A stretch of DNA of 64,000 nucleotides from Felis catus (Eukaryota). Shown here piece by piece: positions 25,611 to 38,611 of this stretch (its first letter is position 1; every line of letters starts with the position of its first letter). The position numbers and the translations under genes were made by a program. Where the stretch lies: positions 16,990,001-17,054,000 of the forward strand of contig NC_058368.1 of assembly GCF_018350175.1 (NCBI RefSeq). The letters are read 5' to 3'. The notes below the pieces were generated by a model. The model ran no database searches and was not told the DNA's origin. It saw only the letters and a list, made by a program, of their open reading frames with translations.

Positions 25611-27527
25611 GACAATGCAGCTAGTTCTCCTGAATTTTAAAATACATTTTGATAAAGAAAATGCTTCTTGCATTAGTTTGGATCCAGTCTTGTTTCCTGA
25701 CACACGGGGCACAGCACCACCACCTACTCAGGAACAAATTGTGCCAATACTTAATAACAGTCCGCCCACAAGGACTTTTAAAATCAGTATAATTATGAGA
25801 GATTATAGGTCTTTCATGTTAGCAATTAATTTGTTCGCTGTTTTTATCATTGATAAATGAAGAATGAATACGAGATTGTCTAGAAGTGCCCCACATTCTA
25901 AACAGAATTTTTAAATTAAAATGGTTTAAAAATCCTGTTTTGTTCTGAGTCAAACCAGTACTATTTTGTAAATGATCGATAAGTGTTACATACCTGCAGC
26001 CTACTTTCTGTTTGATAGACTCTACCTTCTTAACTAAGGCATGTCTCTTTACATTCAGTGAATGCTGGTGGCTTGACAAAATTAACGAGTTATATGATAA
26101 AAGGTGTTCAAAGGTCTATCCACTTTGCTGGCCCCACTCTATATAACTTCCAGACCACTATAGTCCAGTGAGACTATGTTGACCCACATAACAGCTGGAG
26201 GCATGAGTTGGAAATGAAGCAACAGTTACTCCAGAAAGTAATCTATTTACCAATATGGAAAGAGGCAGGGGGGTGGAAGGGGGGGGGACGGGGAGAAGGT
26301 CTTTGGGTTGCCAATACATTTTTCCCCACTAACCTATCTGGGTTAATGAGCACTCTTCTGAAACTGTAGATATCATTATTGTTACACATTTTATAACAAA
26401 GTATTTATCCTTACACAAAATTATATAGAGAAATACAGCAATGTCACCATGTTACTGAGAAATAGCTGTGGCAAAGGAGACTGCCTGTCTACTATGGAAC
26501 ATTCGGGAGGAGACATTCATCTAAATCCTGTTCTTTCGCTAAAGCAATAGTTCGTTCATACCTCTAAGAAGTCTCTCATATAATTTGAAGGGACCTACAA
26601 TGAAAATTATAACATCTGAGAGCAGTAAACATTAAAACAAAATCAATCCATGTCTAAAAGCCTGCATGTGCTTCAGATAACTGAATCACAAATATTTCGA
26701 TGCTCTAGATGAGAAAATCTTAGAGAATTTACAAGACAATATTTTCCTGAGCAGCATAAGTGATATAAAAATGCCATATACAGAACACATATAGACACTT
26801 TCTTAAATCTACTTTTAGCTTATAGCTTCTCTTTATAACTATGTTATGCTGTAGGATAATTTCTTTCCGGTGTATATTTCTTTGTTAAGAAAAGCCGGAA
26901 AGAGAATTACACAGAGAAAATGATATGCAACAAGTATCCTGAAGAAACAACTTGTTGCCTTAACTGGATTTTCCTCCATACTTGGAGGAAACATTTAATC
27001 TCTTTAAAATATGACTGTCAATCCCAGGATAATGTGAAGACCACAGAAATCAGACCCTTGTCTTATTCACTATAGAATTCTCACTGCCTAGAATTAAGCT
27101 TGACACAGTTAAAGCTCAAAAAATTTCACTGAATGTATAAATAGCACACAAAATTTGAACAAACAGGTTTTATGATCTATTTGAAGTTCTTTTCTAAAAT
27201 GTCAATGTTCCCTGGCCAAATACCACCAGAAATACACATGTAGTTGAATGAATTGGATTGACTGCTAATTGCAATGGTAGAGAATATACACATCATGGCA
27301 AAGTGTGGAATATCTCAGTAGGAGGATTTAAGAAGGACTTACTTAGTGTAGGATCTAGGCTTCGTTAAGGTGCTTAATGACGAATTAAAGGAAGTAGAGC
27401 TTCACTCTTGATCAGGTATTGTCAGGAAGCAGAGATAATTCTATAATTAGATATTTCAATAAATATTATCTACAGTGAGGGTGGACGAGAATGAAGCTAA
27501 AGTTCTATTTAGTAAAGAAGCAGTAGT

Positions 27528-27683
27528 GGGGTGCTTGGCTGGCTCAGTCGGGAGAGCATAGGACTCTTGATCTCAAGGTCTTGCGCTCCAGCCCCACACT
27601 GGGCATAGAGCTTACTTAAAATAAATAAATAAATAAATAAATACATACATACATACATACATACATACATACATACATAAAAT
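27528..27683 (+). mobile_element. Short tRNA-Lys-like CAN-SINE variant (no CT tract) with (AAAT)n(ACAT)n tail
   Basis: ggctggctcagtcgggagagcataggactcttgatctc...ccccacactgggcatagagcttact. Confidence 0.88.
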
Positions 27684-27703
27684 AAGAAACAGGTCACTCA
27701 TAT

Positions 27704-27931
27704 TTTTTTAAAATTTTTTTTTTCCTCAACGTTTTTATTTATTTTTGGGACAGAGAGAGACAGAGCATGAACGGGGGAGGGGCAGAGAGAGAGGGAGACA
27801 CAGAATCAGAAACAGGCTCCAGGCTCCGAGCCATCAGCCCAGAGCCCGATGCGGGGCTCGAATTCACGGACCGCGGGATCGTGACCTGGCTGAAGTCGGA
27901 CGCTTAACCGACTGCGCCACCCAGGCGCCCC
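27704..27931 (-). mobile_element. Young felid CAN-SINE (SINEC_Fc-type)
   Basis: CpG-rich antisense copy, TSD gaaac(a/t)ggtcactcatatt. Confidence 0.97.
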
Positions 27932-29359
27932 GAAACTGGTCACTCATATTACACAAAATGGGGAAATTTTGTGGCTTGGAAAAGTGTTTTTTGTGTTCAG
28001 ACATAATAATGGAGTGATCTTATTTTCGTCCTGACCCATCATGGTCAGGGGGGCCTTCTGTGATGTTGATGTTCTGAAAACTGTTTAACAGAGCACGGGA
28101 GGCCAGCGAGGGACCGCCAGGCCAGCCCTTCACAACACCAGGGCATGTAAAGACTCTAAGAAGTGACTGGAAAAGTCCTAGTTGCCGTAGGCCACTTTCG
28201 TCTTTTTCAAAATCAGTCTGGTATTTGGTCTTCCAGTTTTGACTTCCATCCTTAAAGTGGTTTCAGTCGCTGACTAAATGCAATAATTTCCACGTGTGTG
28301 CCAACCTCAAAACACACTTTGAAGATAGTTAACTAAAATTTAAAATGGGAGTTCTGAAAGGGTGGGCACCAAAAGTTTAAAGTGGTTGCTTACATAATTT
28401 AAGGTAATGTTGGGGGGAGTATAAGATTTAATCTTCTTTTCCTGAGGTTTTTCTCTATGTTCTAATGAAAACAAGATGTATTTTTTAAAGCATGTGAAAT
28501 GCTTTGAATAAGGTGTTAAATGTTCAAAGTGCTCAATTATTTCTCATCATGAATAATTCCATGACAGTGATTAGTAAACAGAGTGAGTGTTGCAGTATAT
28601 GAGTAAGTTTAGATGAAAAACAGCTGAAATGGTTGCAGGATCGATTCTCACAGTCCCACTACCTGGGAGACAAGGTGTGTGAATGTGTCTGTAGGAGGGA
28701 GGGGCCCCTGCAGACACAGGATCGCAAGAAGTAACAACAAAACAGTTTAGTTGGAGCTTGGTGGGGAAAGGCAAAAGGAAATGTCGAGATTTAGAACCCC
28801 AAAGTACAACCCCCCAGGCTCTCTGCAGGTTTTCACAGGCTTTTATTTCAGACTACATTTTCAGGGCTTGTGTTTCAGGATCCATTTATTCTTAGAGCCT
28901 TTTAAAATGGCAACTGGAGTGATTTAAAAGAGCTGAACTTTGTCCTCAAATATAAGAATAAGAAAAGCAAGGCTGCAGGGAAGTGAACTTTGAACGGATA
29001 TTCATAACAATCTACCCCAGCATGTGATTAGCAATATGAAGCTTCCAAATTAGTGGCTCTATTTAGTCTTGTCAATGGGAGCACTGTCAACTTGAAACTG
29101 GGAAGCGATAAAAAAAATTATGTAGTGGAAAAAACAAACATAAACTTGGAATGAATAGCTAACAGTAAACCTAGAATAGTCTGTCATTCGTTTCTTGATT
29201 CAACCAATACCTACCAAGGGCCTACTATGCACCAGGTGTTCTACTAGATGCCTGAGATACAAGGCTGGGGGATGTTTTGGTCAGAAAGAACTATGCATTC
29301 AGGGAGGGGTGAAGGGAGTGCAGGTAGAGAATATATAATAGACAATTTCATATGCTACC

Positions 29360-30102
29360 TGTATTAATTTCCTGGGGCTTCTATAACAAATGACTGTAAA
29401 CTTAGTGGCTTAAAACAAGGCAAATTTATTCTCTAACGGTTCTGGAGAATTCTAAAATGGGTCTCAATGAGCTAAAATCAAGGTGTAAGCAGGCCGCATT
29501 TCTTCGGGAGGATCTAGGGATGAAGGAAGCAATTTTCTGGTCTTTTCCAGCTTCCAGAGGTTGTCTGCACTCCTGGCCAGCAATGGCCCATTGAATCTTT
29601 TCCACGTATTATTAGTCTGAAAAATTCCTCTGTCTTGGGGCACCTGGGTGTTCTACCAAATAATGAAAATAAAAATATTCAGGGGCACCTGGGTGGCACA
29701 GTCGGTTAAGCATCCGACTTCAGATCAGGTCATGATCTCGCAGCTCATGAGTTCTAGCCCCGCGTCAGCCTCTGTTTTGATAGCTCAGAGAGCCTGGAGC
29801 CTCCGTCAGATTCTGGGTCTCCCTCTCTCTCTCTGCCCCTCCCCCACTCATGCTCTGTCTCTCAAAAAATAAACAAACATTAAAAAAAAATTCTTCTGTC
29901 TCCCCCTTCCATCTTTTAAGGACCTTTGTGATTATGTTGGGCCCACCTGGATAATCCAGATTACCTTCTCTATTTTAAAGTCAGCTAATTAGCAACCTTA
30001 ATTCCACCTTCATTGTAATTAGTTGTTACCATGAAACACAAATTTTTCACAGGTTCCAGGGATTCAGACATGGACGTCTTCGGGGAGCCATTACTCTGCC
30101 TG
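29360..30102 (-). mobile_element. MaLR solo LTR (MLT1C/D-like), interrupted by a SINE
   Basis: tgtattaatttcctggggcttctataacaaat...cttagtggcttaaaacaa...ctggataatccag...ggagccattactctgcct. Confidence 0.85.
29637..29890 (+). mobile_element. CAN-SINE with duplicated 14-nt head and 31-nt filler
   Basis: Full SINE at 29682-29890; TSD aaaaattc(c/t)tctgtct flanks the whole unit. Confidence 0.9.
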
Positions 30103-30490
30103 TGACCCTCTCCAGAGGTAAATTACCAACAATGTGCTTGCAGACCAAAGCCTCCTAAAATAATGAGGGATGACTGTTCAGGCCTCCTTGTCTTCTTTGT
30201 TCAAGATGCTGGTGGTGATTCCAAAAATCTGCGGCTGAGGTAGCTAAGTTTAGGTAATCTAAATAAATAAGTAAATAAATAAATATCCTAAGTCTTTTCC
30301 TTCTTTCACTTTTTTAGATTCTTTTTCAAAATCCTTCTTTCATTTATGAAGTTTTTTCTGAGTTCAAGGGGAAAACACTTCCTATGCCTTCATTTAAGCA
30401 GTGATACTTTGCTCCCATGATCACTTTATTTCAAAAATTATTCATTTCAAACAATTTTTTTGGCTACACTTCTACTACAAACTATAACCA

Positions 30491-30558
30491 TATCTATATC
30501 TATATCTAGATAGATAGATAGATAGATGTACACACACACACACACATATATATATATA
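30491..30558. repeat. Compound (TATC)/(GATA)/(CA)/(TA) microsatellite
   Basis: Directly visible. Confidence 0.9.
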
Positions 30559-30654
30559 ATGATAAATACCAAACAAAAAATGAATTTTCCCAGACACAGA
30601 GTGGGAGACTCATTTTGCATATTGAATGCATTCCATGAAATGTTTCCCCATGGT

Positions 30655-30770
30655 TTGAGCTTCTCAAGGGCAGGGACTGAGTTTTGTGATTATTCTTTTC
30701 ATTCTTAACACACAGCACAATGCCAGGCATATACTATATGCTCAGAAATGCTGACTGTATAAATGACTGG
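30655..30770 (+). mobile_element. L2 3' end relic
   Basis: tgagcttctcaagggcagggact...cagcacaatgccaggcatatactatatgctcagaaatgctg. Confidence 0.65.
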
Positions 30771-31626
30771 ACAATATAACCCAATTCCCTGGACCACTGA
30801 TTACCTTGGGATGTGATTTCAAAATGTAATGTTTTAAGGTTCTTAATTAAAAATGCAATAGCCTGAGGAATAGTTAGGCAGCAGCAAAGTAATAAGCCTA
30901 TTATTCTATACTTCAGTGCCCCTGCAGGTTGCTTGGAATAGCAGTCTTGGTCCAACCACTTTCCTGAGCTTCTTAGAGAGAATGGCGTGTTGAGGGAACG
31001 TGGGGGTGGTTGGGCATTCCTCCTGAAGCATATCACCGACTCCTCTCCTTCTTTTACAATCCACATGCATTCCTGTTTTCCCAGACTGGTGAATCGGTGA
31101 CTACATGTTCCCATGGAAACTAGATGTCAAGAATCCCTGCCATTTCTTGGCCATCGCCTGCCCCATTTCTTTGTCCTCCCCTTGCAGAGCCTCTACAGGT
31201 CTGGAAGTGGTGAGTTGCGTTCCCAGTACACTTTAGCCAGCCACCTGCTTTTGCTGTCTCTCTGTTTGCTTCCCACTGCCTTACTCTGAAGCTTAGCTGT
31301 GGGAATGACTACCAGACCCTCTTTGTTACCTGAAAGTGGCCTTTCCCGATCTTTTCATCTCTTGTTGTACCCAGAATCCATGTAAGTCAGATTCTGGATA
31401 TGTCGTGATGCAGATATCTGACCCCATGTCTCTGTAATCTGTCCACTCCTCGCCACCTCTCTATTATTATGTTGGTGAAAGCCACAAAATTTCTCATTTA
31501 GAGAACTGTAATATTCCCCTCGTTCTACTCCTGCTTTTCTACCATGTGTTCTCAGTTGAGCTGCCAAAAGTATCCTTTGTATGTAGAAGACAGACAATGT
31601 TACTTCCCTGTTTAAAACCATGCCAT

Positions 31627-31780
31627 GGTGGGGCGGTGGGGGGGGGGGGGCGGGGTCAGTCTGTGGAGACTCCAACCCTTGGTCTCCAGGTCGTAAGTTC
31701 ATAAGTTCTATACCCACATTGGGTATAGAATTTACTTTAAATGAATAAATAAGTAAAATCTTTAAAATAAACAAACAATC
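31627..31780 (+). mobile_element. Short CAN-SINE variant whose head has become a poly-G run
   Basis: G tract, then gtcagtctgtggagactccaacccttggtctcc...cccacattgggtatagaatttact and A-rich tail. Confidence 0.7.
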
Positions 31781-31980
31781 AGGGATGGCTGGGGGGCTCA
31801 GTGGGTTAAGCGTCCGACTTTGGCTCAGGTCATGATCTCACAGTTCTTGAGTTCGAATCTCACATCAGGCTCTGCACTAACAGTGAAGAGCCTGCTTAGG
31901 ATTCTCTTTCTCTCTTCCTCTCTCTCTCTCTCTCTCTGGCCCTCCTCCACTTGAGCTCTGTCACTCTCAGAATAACCTTA
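31781..31980 (+). mobile_element. CAN-SINE
   Basis: ggctcagtgggttaagcgtccgactttggctcaggtcatg, CT tract. Confidence 0.92.
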
Positions 31981-32846
31981 AAACAACCCTCTAACGACTC
32001 CTCATTTTCCCTCAGAGTAAATCCTTACAGGAGTTTACAAGGACACATCTGACATGGCCCTGGTATTACTGTGACCTCTCTTTCAGATGGTCTAAGAGCT
32101 CCCAGACGTCATGAGTGTGTCTTCCTCCTCTTTACACTAGCGGCATTTTGCACAACATCTGGTGCCCACTGCCCAACAGCGTGTCTTTATACGCTGAATA
32201 CCTGTGCAGTTTCCCAAGGAAGAGCTAAAGCCTACGGTCTTCCCCCATCGTTCCCTCTCTCTGAGTCTGCCAGCGGGCATTCTGAGCTGAAGGGAATCAG
32301 GCTCCGGGACGATCTTGCATCACTGTGCAATAACCACAGAGGTGCTAGAATCAAGCCCTGAGTCTGGTGGTGACCATGTAGTTAACAGCCAACCATTTGA
32401 CTTCGCAGGGTATTTATTCCTATTTCGGTTGAAACTATCTTTCAAATATAAATCTTTTGTTAAAAGTCAAATACTTTTTTTTGACACTACAACATCAGCA
32501 GCCTATTAACATGTTGGTAGTCAGTTTAAAATCATTGATGTAGTATAATGTCACATTTCTTATTGTTCCTTAAGCCTCAGAAATACAATAGTCTCTCAGA
32601 GCGATGGGCTGTATTTTAATTATGTAAATACCATAAGCTCAATGGAATGGAAATTCACATTTTATTAGAGATTTTCATAACAGAAGCACTTTTCAGAGAT
32701 TTTTTTCTGAAGCATTTACTTGAGATTGTATATCATGGAAGATTTTTATGATAGCAATTCTCTAAAGAGTTTAAAGTATTTATACATTGATTCAACTCTC
32801 CTGCATTTTAAAGAGTGTGTAAATATTTAAAACTTAAGTTATTTAA

Positions 32847-33060
32847 GAGGCACCTGGGTGGCTTAGTTGGTTAAGCCTCTGACGTCGGCTCAAGTCATGA
32901 TCTCACAGCTCCTGAGTTCGAGACCCACGTCAGGCTCTGTGCTGACAGCTCAGAGCCTGGAGACTGCTTCAGATTCTGCATCTTCCTCTCTCTCTCTGCC
33001 CCTTCCCCGTTTGCACTCTGTCTCTCTTTTTCTCAAAAATACATAAACATTAAAAAAATA
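32847..33060 (+). mobile_element. CAN-SINE
   Basis: Head and tail, TSD taagttattt. Confidence 0.94.
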
Positions 33061-34204
33061 AGTTATTTCATTATCTTAAAAAGAAATACAAAGACCCATT
33101 AGCCATTATTCCCCACTTACCCCTAATGCCCCCCCCCCCAACCCTAGGTAACCATCTATATTCTATCCCTCTCTACAGATTTTCCTATTCTGGACATTTC
33201 ATATAAATAGGACAATGCAAATGTAGTCTTTTGTGAGCAACTTCTTTCACTTACATATTTTCAAGGTTTATCAGTGTTCTTCCATGTATCAGTACTTCAC
33301 CATTTTTTTATTGTTGACTAATATCCCATTGTATGAATATACCACATTTTGTTGATCTGTGCATCACTTGATGGATACTTGTTTCTCCAGTTTGGCTCTT
33401 CTGGAAAATGCTGTTATGAACATTCCTGTAAATGTTTCTGTGTGGTATATTTCCATTCTTTCATGGTGTTACCTAGAGGTGGAATTGCTCGGCTGTATGA
33501 TCATCATTCTATGTTCAACCACTTAAGGGACTGCCACAGTGTTTTTCAACCTGGCTACGCTAGTTTCCATTCCCATCAGTAATGTGTCAGAGTTCCAATT
33601 TATCCACTGTCTCCTCACCATGTATAATTGGCTGTCTTTGTTTATAACCACCCTAACTGGTGAGAAGTGGCATCTCATTGTGCTTTCCATTTACATTTCC
33701 TTGGTGATTAGTAACGTTGAGAATCTTTTCACGTGTATATTGGTCAGTTATATACGTTGGAGAAATGTCTATTCAGATCATTCACTCCCGGTTTAGTTGA
33801 TTTATTATGAAGTTGTAAGAGTTCTTTATGCATTTTAGGTTCCAGTCTAGATACAAATCAGATAAATGATCTGCACACATGTTTTCCCATCTGTGTGCTG
33901 TCTTTTTCCTTTCTTGATGATGTGCTGTTTGAAGCACAAAAGCTTTTAATTTTGATGGAGTTCAATTTATCTATTTATTTTGTTGCTTATGCTTTTGGTG
34001 TCATATCTAGGAAGGTTTTGCCTACCCCAAGGTCACAAAGATTTACTCCTACATATACTTGAATGATGTTTATAGTTTTAGGTTTTACTTTTAGGTCTAT
34101 AACCCATTTTGAGTTAATTTTTTTGTGTAAGATGTGAGGGGGAAGATGAACTTCATTCTTTGACATGTGGAAATCCATTTGTCTCAGCAATATATGACAA
34201 TAAG

Positions 34205-34389
34205 ATTATTTTTATTGTCAGTGGGGGAGAGGCAGAGAGAGAGGGGTGGGGGAGACAGAGAATCTGAAGCAGGCTCCAAGCTCTGAGCTGTCAGCTTAGA
34301 GCCCAACTTGGGGCTCTAACTCAGGAACTTTGAGATCATGACCTGTGCTGAAGTTGGCTGCCTTACCAACAGAGCCATCCAGGGGCCCC
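34205..34389 (-). mobile_element. CAN-SINE (older, diverged)
   Basis: Antisense gaatctgaagcaggctccaagctctgagctgtcagc. Confidence 0.88.
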
Positions 34390-35749
34390 AAAACTCTTCT
34401 TTCTTTATTGAATTGTTTTGGCATCCTTATGAAAAAATCAATGGACCATAAATGTAAAGGACTATTTCCGGGCTTTTCATTCTCATCGATCCTTATGTCA
34501 CACTGTGCCACACTACCTTGATACTAGCTTTGTATTGAGATCAGATTGCGTGAGTCCTCCAACTTTGTTCTATTTTTCAAGATTGTCTTGGCTGTTCTAG
34601 GTTCCTTTCATTTCCGTGTGTTTTTCTCCAAACAATTCAAATTTATTTTGTATATAACAGATACTATATTTGAATATCTATCCTTCAGTAAAAAGGTCTT
34701 GGTAGTTCTTAAAATTTTACTTAAAATGCGCACCCAGTCTGATGCCTGTTTTCAATAGAAAACACAGTGAGTCAGCCCTGCTGTGATTCACATTAGAGTT
34801 TCCAAGGAGCCAAGATTGAGTTTTAGATAACTGATCTATTCCCTACTACTGAACATTAAATGTCTCTTATACCTTATTGTTCCCCACTAAGCTCTTGCTT
34901 TATCAAACAGAAAACGTGCCTGCAGACATGCGATGCTTTTTAAGAGTCTGAGTTCTCTTCAAAGATACTCCAGATCAATTCATTATGACGTTTTATTATT
35001 TTCCTGTAGTTTGCATTTAACTAGTCAGTGATTTGACCAACCTAGTTTCATGTCCTGTAAAGACTGGGCACTACCTGATTCTTCTGTATATTTCTCATAT
35101 GCACTAACTCTGAAAAATGTCAAAATTTTAAAGTATATCTTTTGGTTCTGAAATCATTTCTAGAAGAAATGGAAATATAGCTTATAACTGAAAAAATCTA
35201 GGACAGCCTTATTTATGTAATGAAAATAACTTTACTTCCTTTGATTAGCATGATAATTATTTATCATCTCTAAATAGTTACAGATTGCTGACACAGCTGA
35301 AAATAATAATTATTCTTACTATGCAAATAGATCATTGAAATTCATGATTCTGGACATTTCAAACGAATGGAAAATAGAACATGATGTGTATTTATTTTAT
35401 GTGGGTTCAATTAATTGAAGGCAAAATACTTTCTGGAAAAGACTTATCTAAAAATAAATAAATAAAGCAATTATTTAAAAACATCCTGTTACTTTTTAAA
35501 GCATCAACATGAAAGATGGGATAGCTGCTTACAGCCAAGAGAATATGGTAACTGATTGAAATACATAATCAGGGAAGGAGTTTGGTTTTGTCCATTTTCT
35601 GTTTTTCGTTTTCTTAACATTCTCTGCTGATGACTCTAGATTTTCTTTGATTTATATGAACCCCTAAAAGGTTGCCTTTCTTCCTGGCTTTCTCAAAAAA
35701 ATTCTGCCTCAATTTCAACCAAACAAATATGAACTGACTGCTTAGAGGA

Positions 35750-36140
35750 GGACTTCACAAATTTTAATGTTCCTATCATAAACCAAGTAGTTTTAAGATG
35801 GAGATTATGATTCAATATGCGTGGGGCAAAGCCTGAAATTCTGCATTTCTTTTTTTTCCTTTTTACGTTTATTTATTTTGAGAGAAAAAGAGAGAGAATA
35901 AGTGGGGGAGGGGGAGGGAGAAAGGGAGACAGAGAGGAAATCCCAAGCAGGCTCCACTCTGTTAGTGAGGAGCCCAGCATGGGGCCTGAACTGACACCAT
36001 GAGGTCATGACCTGAGCCAAGATCAAGACTCAGACACTCAACCAACTGAGCCACCCAGGTGCACCTGAGATCTGCATTTCTAACAAACTCACAGGAGATG
36101 CTAACATGGCAGGTAACAAGGACTTAGAGGATAAAGGACT
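35750..36140. mobile_element. MER5-like hAT-Charlie MITE, split by a SINE
   Basis: gagattatgattcaat...ggggcaaagcctgaaattctgcatttct / tctgcatttctaacaaactcacaggagatgct. Confidence 0.7.
35851..36065 (-). mobile_element. CAN-SINE
   Basis: Antisense SINE, TSD tctgcatttct. Confidence 0.93.
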
Positions 36141-36554
36141 TCAAGAATTTACCTTTCATGACAAGATCTGCGTATCTTGTTAAGACATTACAAGTTCCAG
36201 AATACATCACCTCTATTAAACAGTTCCTAGATATTCTTCCAGAGATAAATGATGCACGCAAAATAATGTTTATAAAATTTTAAACACAAAAAGTAGCGCC
36301 TAATAGTGTTCTGCTTTTTTGTTTTATTTAAATATATCTTGGAGAATGTTTAATATCATTTTTTTCTTTAAATCTACTTTCTAAATCATTGGTGCTTCCA
36401 TGAGAAAACTATTAATTTTATGTATGAGTAATGTACCCAGGTAGCCTGCTGGATTTTGATACTCTTCATCATTTTTTTCAGTTAATTCTCTAGACTTTTT
36501 CCAGTTTTATCATATCAGCTTTGAATAAAGATAATTTCCGGTATTTATATGTAT

Positions 36555-37520
36555 AAAGACTTGAAACTTAAGGGAGAAGTTTGAATTGCAGACACAAATT
36601 TTAGGTGGCATTAGTATAGAGACACTATTTAAAACTATGGGACTAGATAACTATATTTTAAGGTACCATATAATTTATCATGTTTACTGTTAACTTTCTC
36701 TCTTAGGTGTAACATCAATGAAGAAAGAATACGCCTGTTGTGTTCACCTTTGTGTTTCAGGAGTTTAGAATAGTGCCTAGTGTCAAAAAAATATTTCTGA
36801 GTTTTGTTGATTGAGAAAAGGTTATATATTGAGAGTGGAGAGAAGGGAGAAAGGCATGTTGAAGATTTAAGGAGAGCAAACTTATGAAATCATGTTCTGA
36901 CAAATTGGGGAATTGACTGGGGAAGTGTCATATTGCTAGACAAGGCTGAGAATCTAATATTTGTGATCATAATTTAATCTGAGTCTTTTCAGTGTGGTTC
37001 TCATTTCTTGGGCCACATTTAGATACAGCATTAGTGGAGCAGAGTCAGCAAAGAGCTCAGTTCAACTAAGGTAGGAGTTTCTAAGTGATAAAAAAGAATG
37101 TTTGGAGACTGGTCCTAAGGGATATCCCAAATGGATATTCCAGAATATAGATATGATTATATAGTCTTAAACTAATTATGATTTAAACCAATGATTGCTG
37201 AAAATATTTTTTTAAAAGGTTGAAGACAGGGCAGTGAGATTAATAATGGTGCATGAAATCTGAACTGCCCAGAGAGCAATGAAGTCCTCTACCTAAAGGG
37301 TTGAGAGACAATGAAAAAGTAGTAGGATAGATTGGAGATCCTAACAGATGATAAATTGTTTAAGTGTGGGGTTGGATGAGGGCAATTACTATAGTTCCTG
37401 GGTTAGGAAGCCAGCAATTAGTGGTCTTTGAGTGGAATGGTTGAAACTATAATTCTGGGTATGATGGGATCATTGAAGTGTTGAGGTGAGGTGTAGGAAG
37501 AGATGTTTGAAAGCCCGGTA
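36555..37520. mobile_element. Cluster of L2 relics in both orientations
   Basis: Antisense L2-like gaaacttaagggagaagtttgaattgcagacacaaatttt; sense 3' end ttgtgttcacctttgtgtttcaggagtttagaatagtgcctag. Confidence 0.5.
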
Positions 37521-38077
37521 AATGAACTGAAACATTTACCCAAACCTCAAATCCCAAATAATACACAATTGTTACTAATAATACGCTGGTGCCCCATGAT
37601 ATGCAACAAAATGGTGGCAATCTTATTCCATACAGCTGATCAAACATGTGCACTGCCACATTTGGCTAGCTTGTACCCAAAGTACATAGTAATTACAAAG
37701 AAGAATGTCAGTGAGTTCGACATTTGCTAAGTCCCAAGACAAGATTCTCTTAGACTCTGGAAGGGAGAAAACTAAACTCATTGTTCTATTGTAGTTAGAG
37801 TTTATGTCTAATTAAATTAAAGAACAGATTGAATACTTTAATGTATCTCATGTTCATATGGCATGAAAATCCTTGATTGGCAGCTGTGTCAATCAGTAGG
37901 AAATCAGGGGAAGGCAGAAATAAGATAAATATTTAGAAGTGGGAATTAGAGGCAGCACTATTTCTAAAATACTCCTTGCTGTTTATATGGCAATATCAAT
38001 AATTGAGATATGATGTTATCGAGTTATTAATACATTATAAAAAACACAATAGTAATTAAAACATCATGAGTTTTAGT

Positions 38078-38305
38078 GGGGCACCTGGGTGGCTCAGTCA
38101 GTTAAGTGTCCAACTTTGGCTCAGGTCATGATCTCACAGTTCGTGGGTTTGAGCCCCGTGTCAGGCGCTGTGCTGACAGCTCAGAGCCTGGAGACTGCTT
38201 CGGGTTCTGTGTCTCCCTCTCTCTCTCTGCTCCTCTCCTGCTTGCTCTATCTCTCTCCCTCTCTCAAAAATAAACAAACATTAAAAAAATCAAAATAAAA
38301 TAAAA
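38078..38305 (+). mobile_element. CAN-SINE
   Basis: TSD atcatgagttttagt. Confidence 0.95.
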
Positions 38306-38611
38306 TATCATGAGTTTTAGTATCTACCTACTATAACTTCTTTATCACCTTTTTCGATTTTAAAGAGGTAAACACATAACAGAGAAAAGTATATATCTTG
38401 AGCTCTACATTTCTCCCCTCATCCTTAAATTCCAAAAAATGTAAACCATCATTTTTATGATCACCATGCCCATAAAACATTGAAATACAGTTTGAGATAA
38501 GTAGCACAAAAATGACTTTGACATTAAGCATCATAACTTATACACAGATGCATAGTTACATAATTCCCAGGAATTTAAAGTGAGCTGAACCTTCCATATT
38601 TTACCATTTAC

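Larger units (their letters stand above)
27280..28145 (-). mobile_element. Old ERV1-class solo LTR (MER110/MER89/MER90-like), split by two SINEs
   Basis: ggccttctgtgatgttgatgttctgaaaactgttt...gccaggccagcccttcacaacacca resembles this LTR group; subfamily and strand uncertain. Confidence 0.45.
31410..32100 (+). mobile_element. L2 internal relic split by two SINEs
   Basis: tctgtccactcctcgccacctc...atgttacttccctgtttaaaacc / aaccctctaacgactcctcattttccctcagagtaaatcc. Confidence 0.65.
32790..34620 (-). mobile_element. L1MB-like 3' end and ORF2 fragment, split by two SINEs
   Basis: gattttcctattctggacatttcatataaatag; minus ORF KINSKWVIDLKVKPKTI...LCDLGVGKTFLDMTPKA. Confidence 0.85.

Noticed and set aside
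27528..27605. tRNA-like sequences with A and B boxes (also at 61308)
   Set aside because: tRNA-derived SINE heads with A-rich or simple-repeat tails and degenerate stems, not tRNA genes
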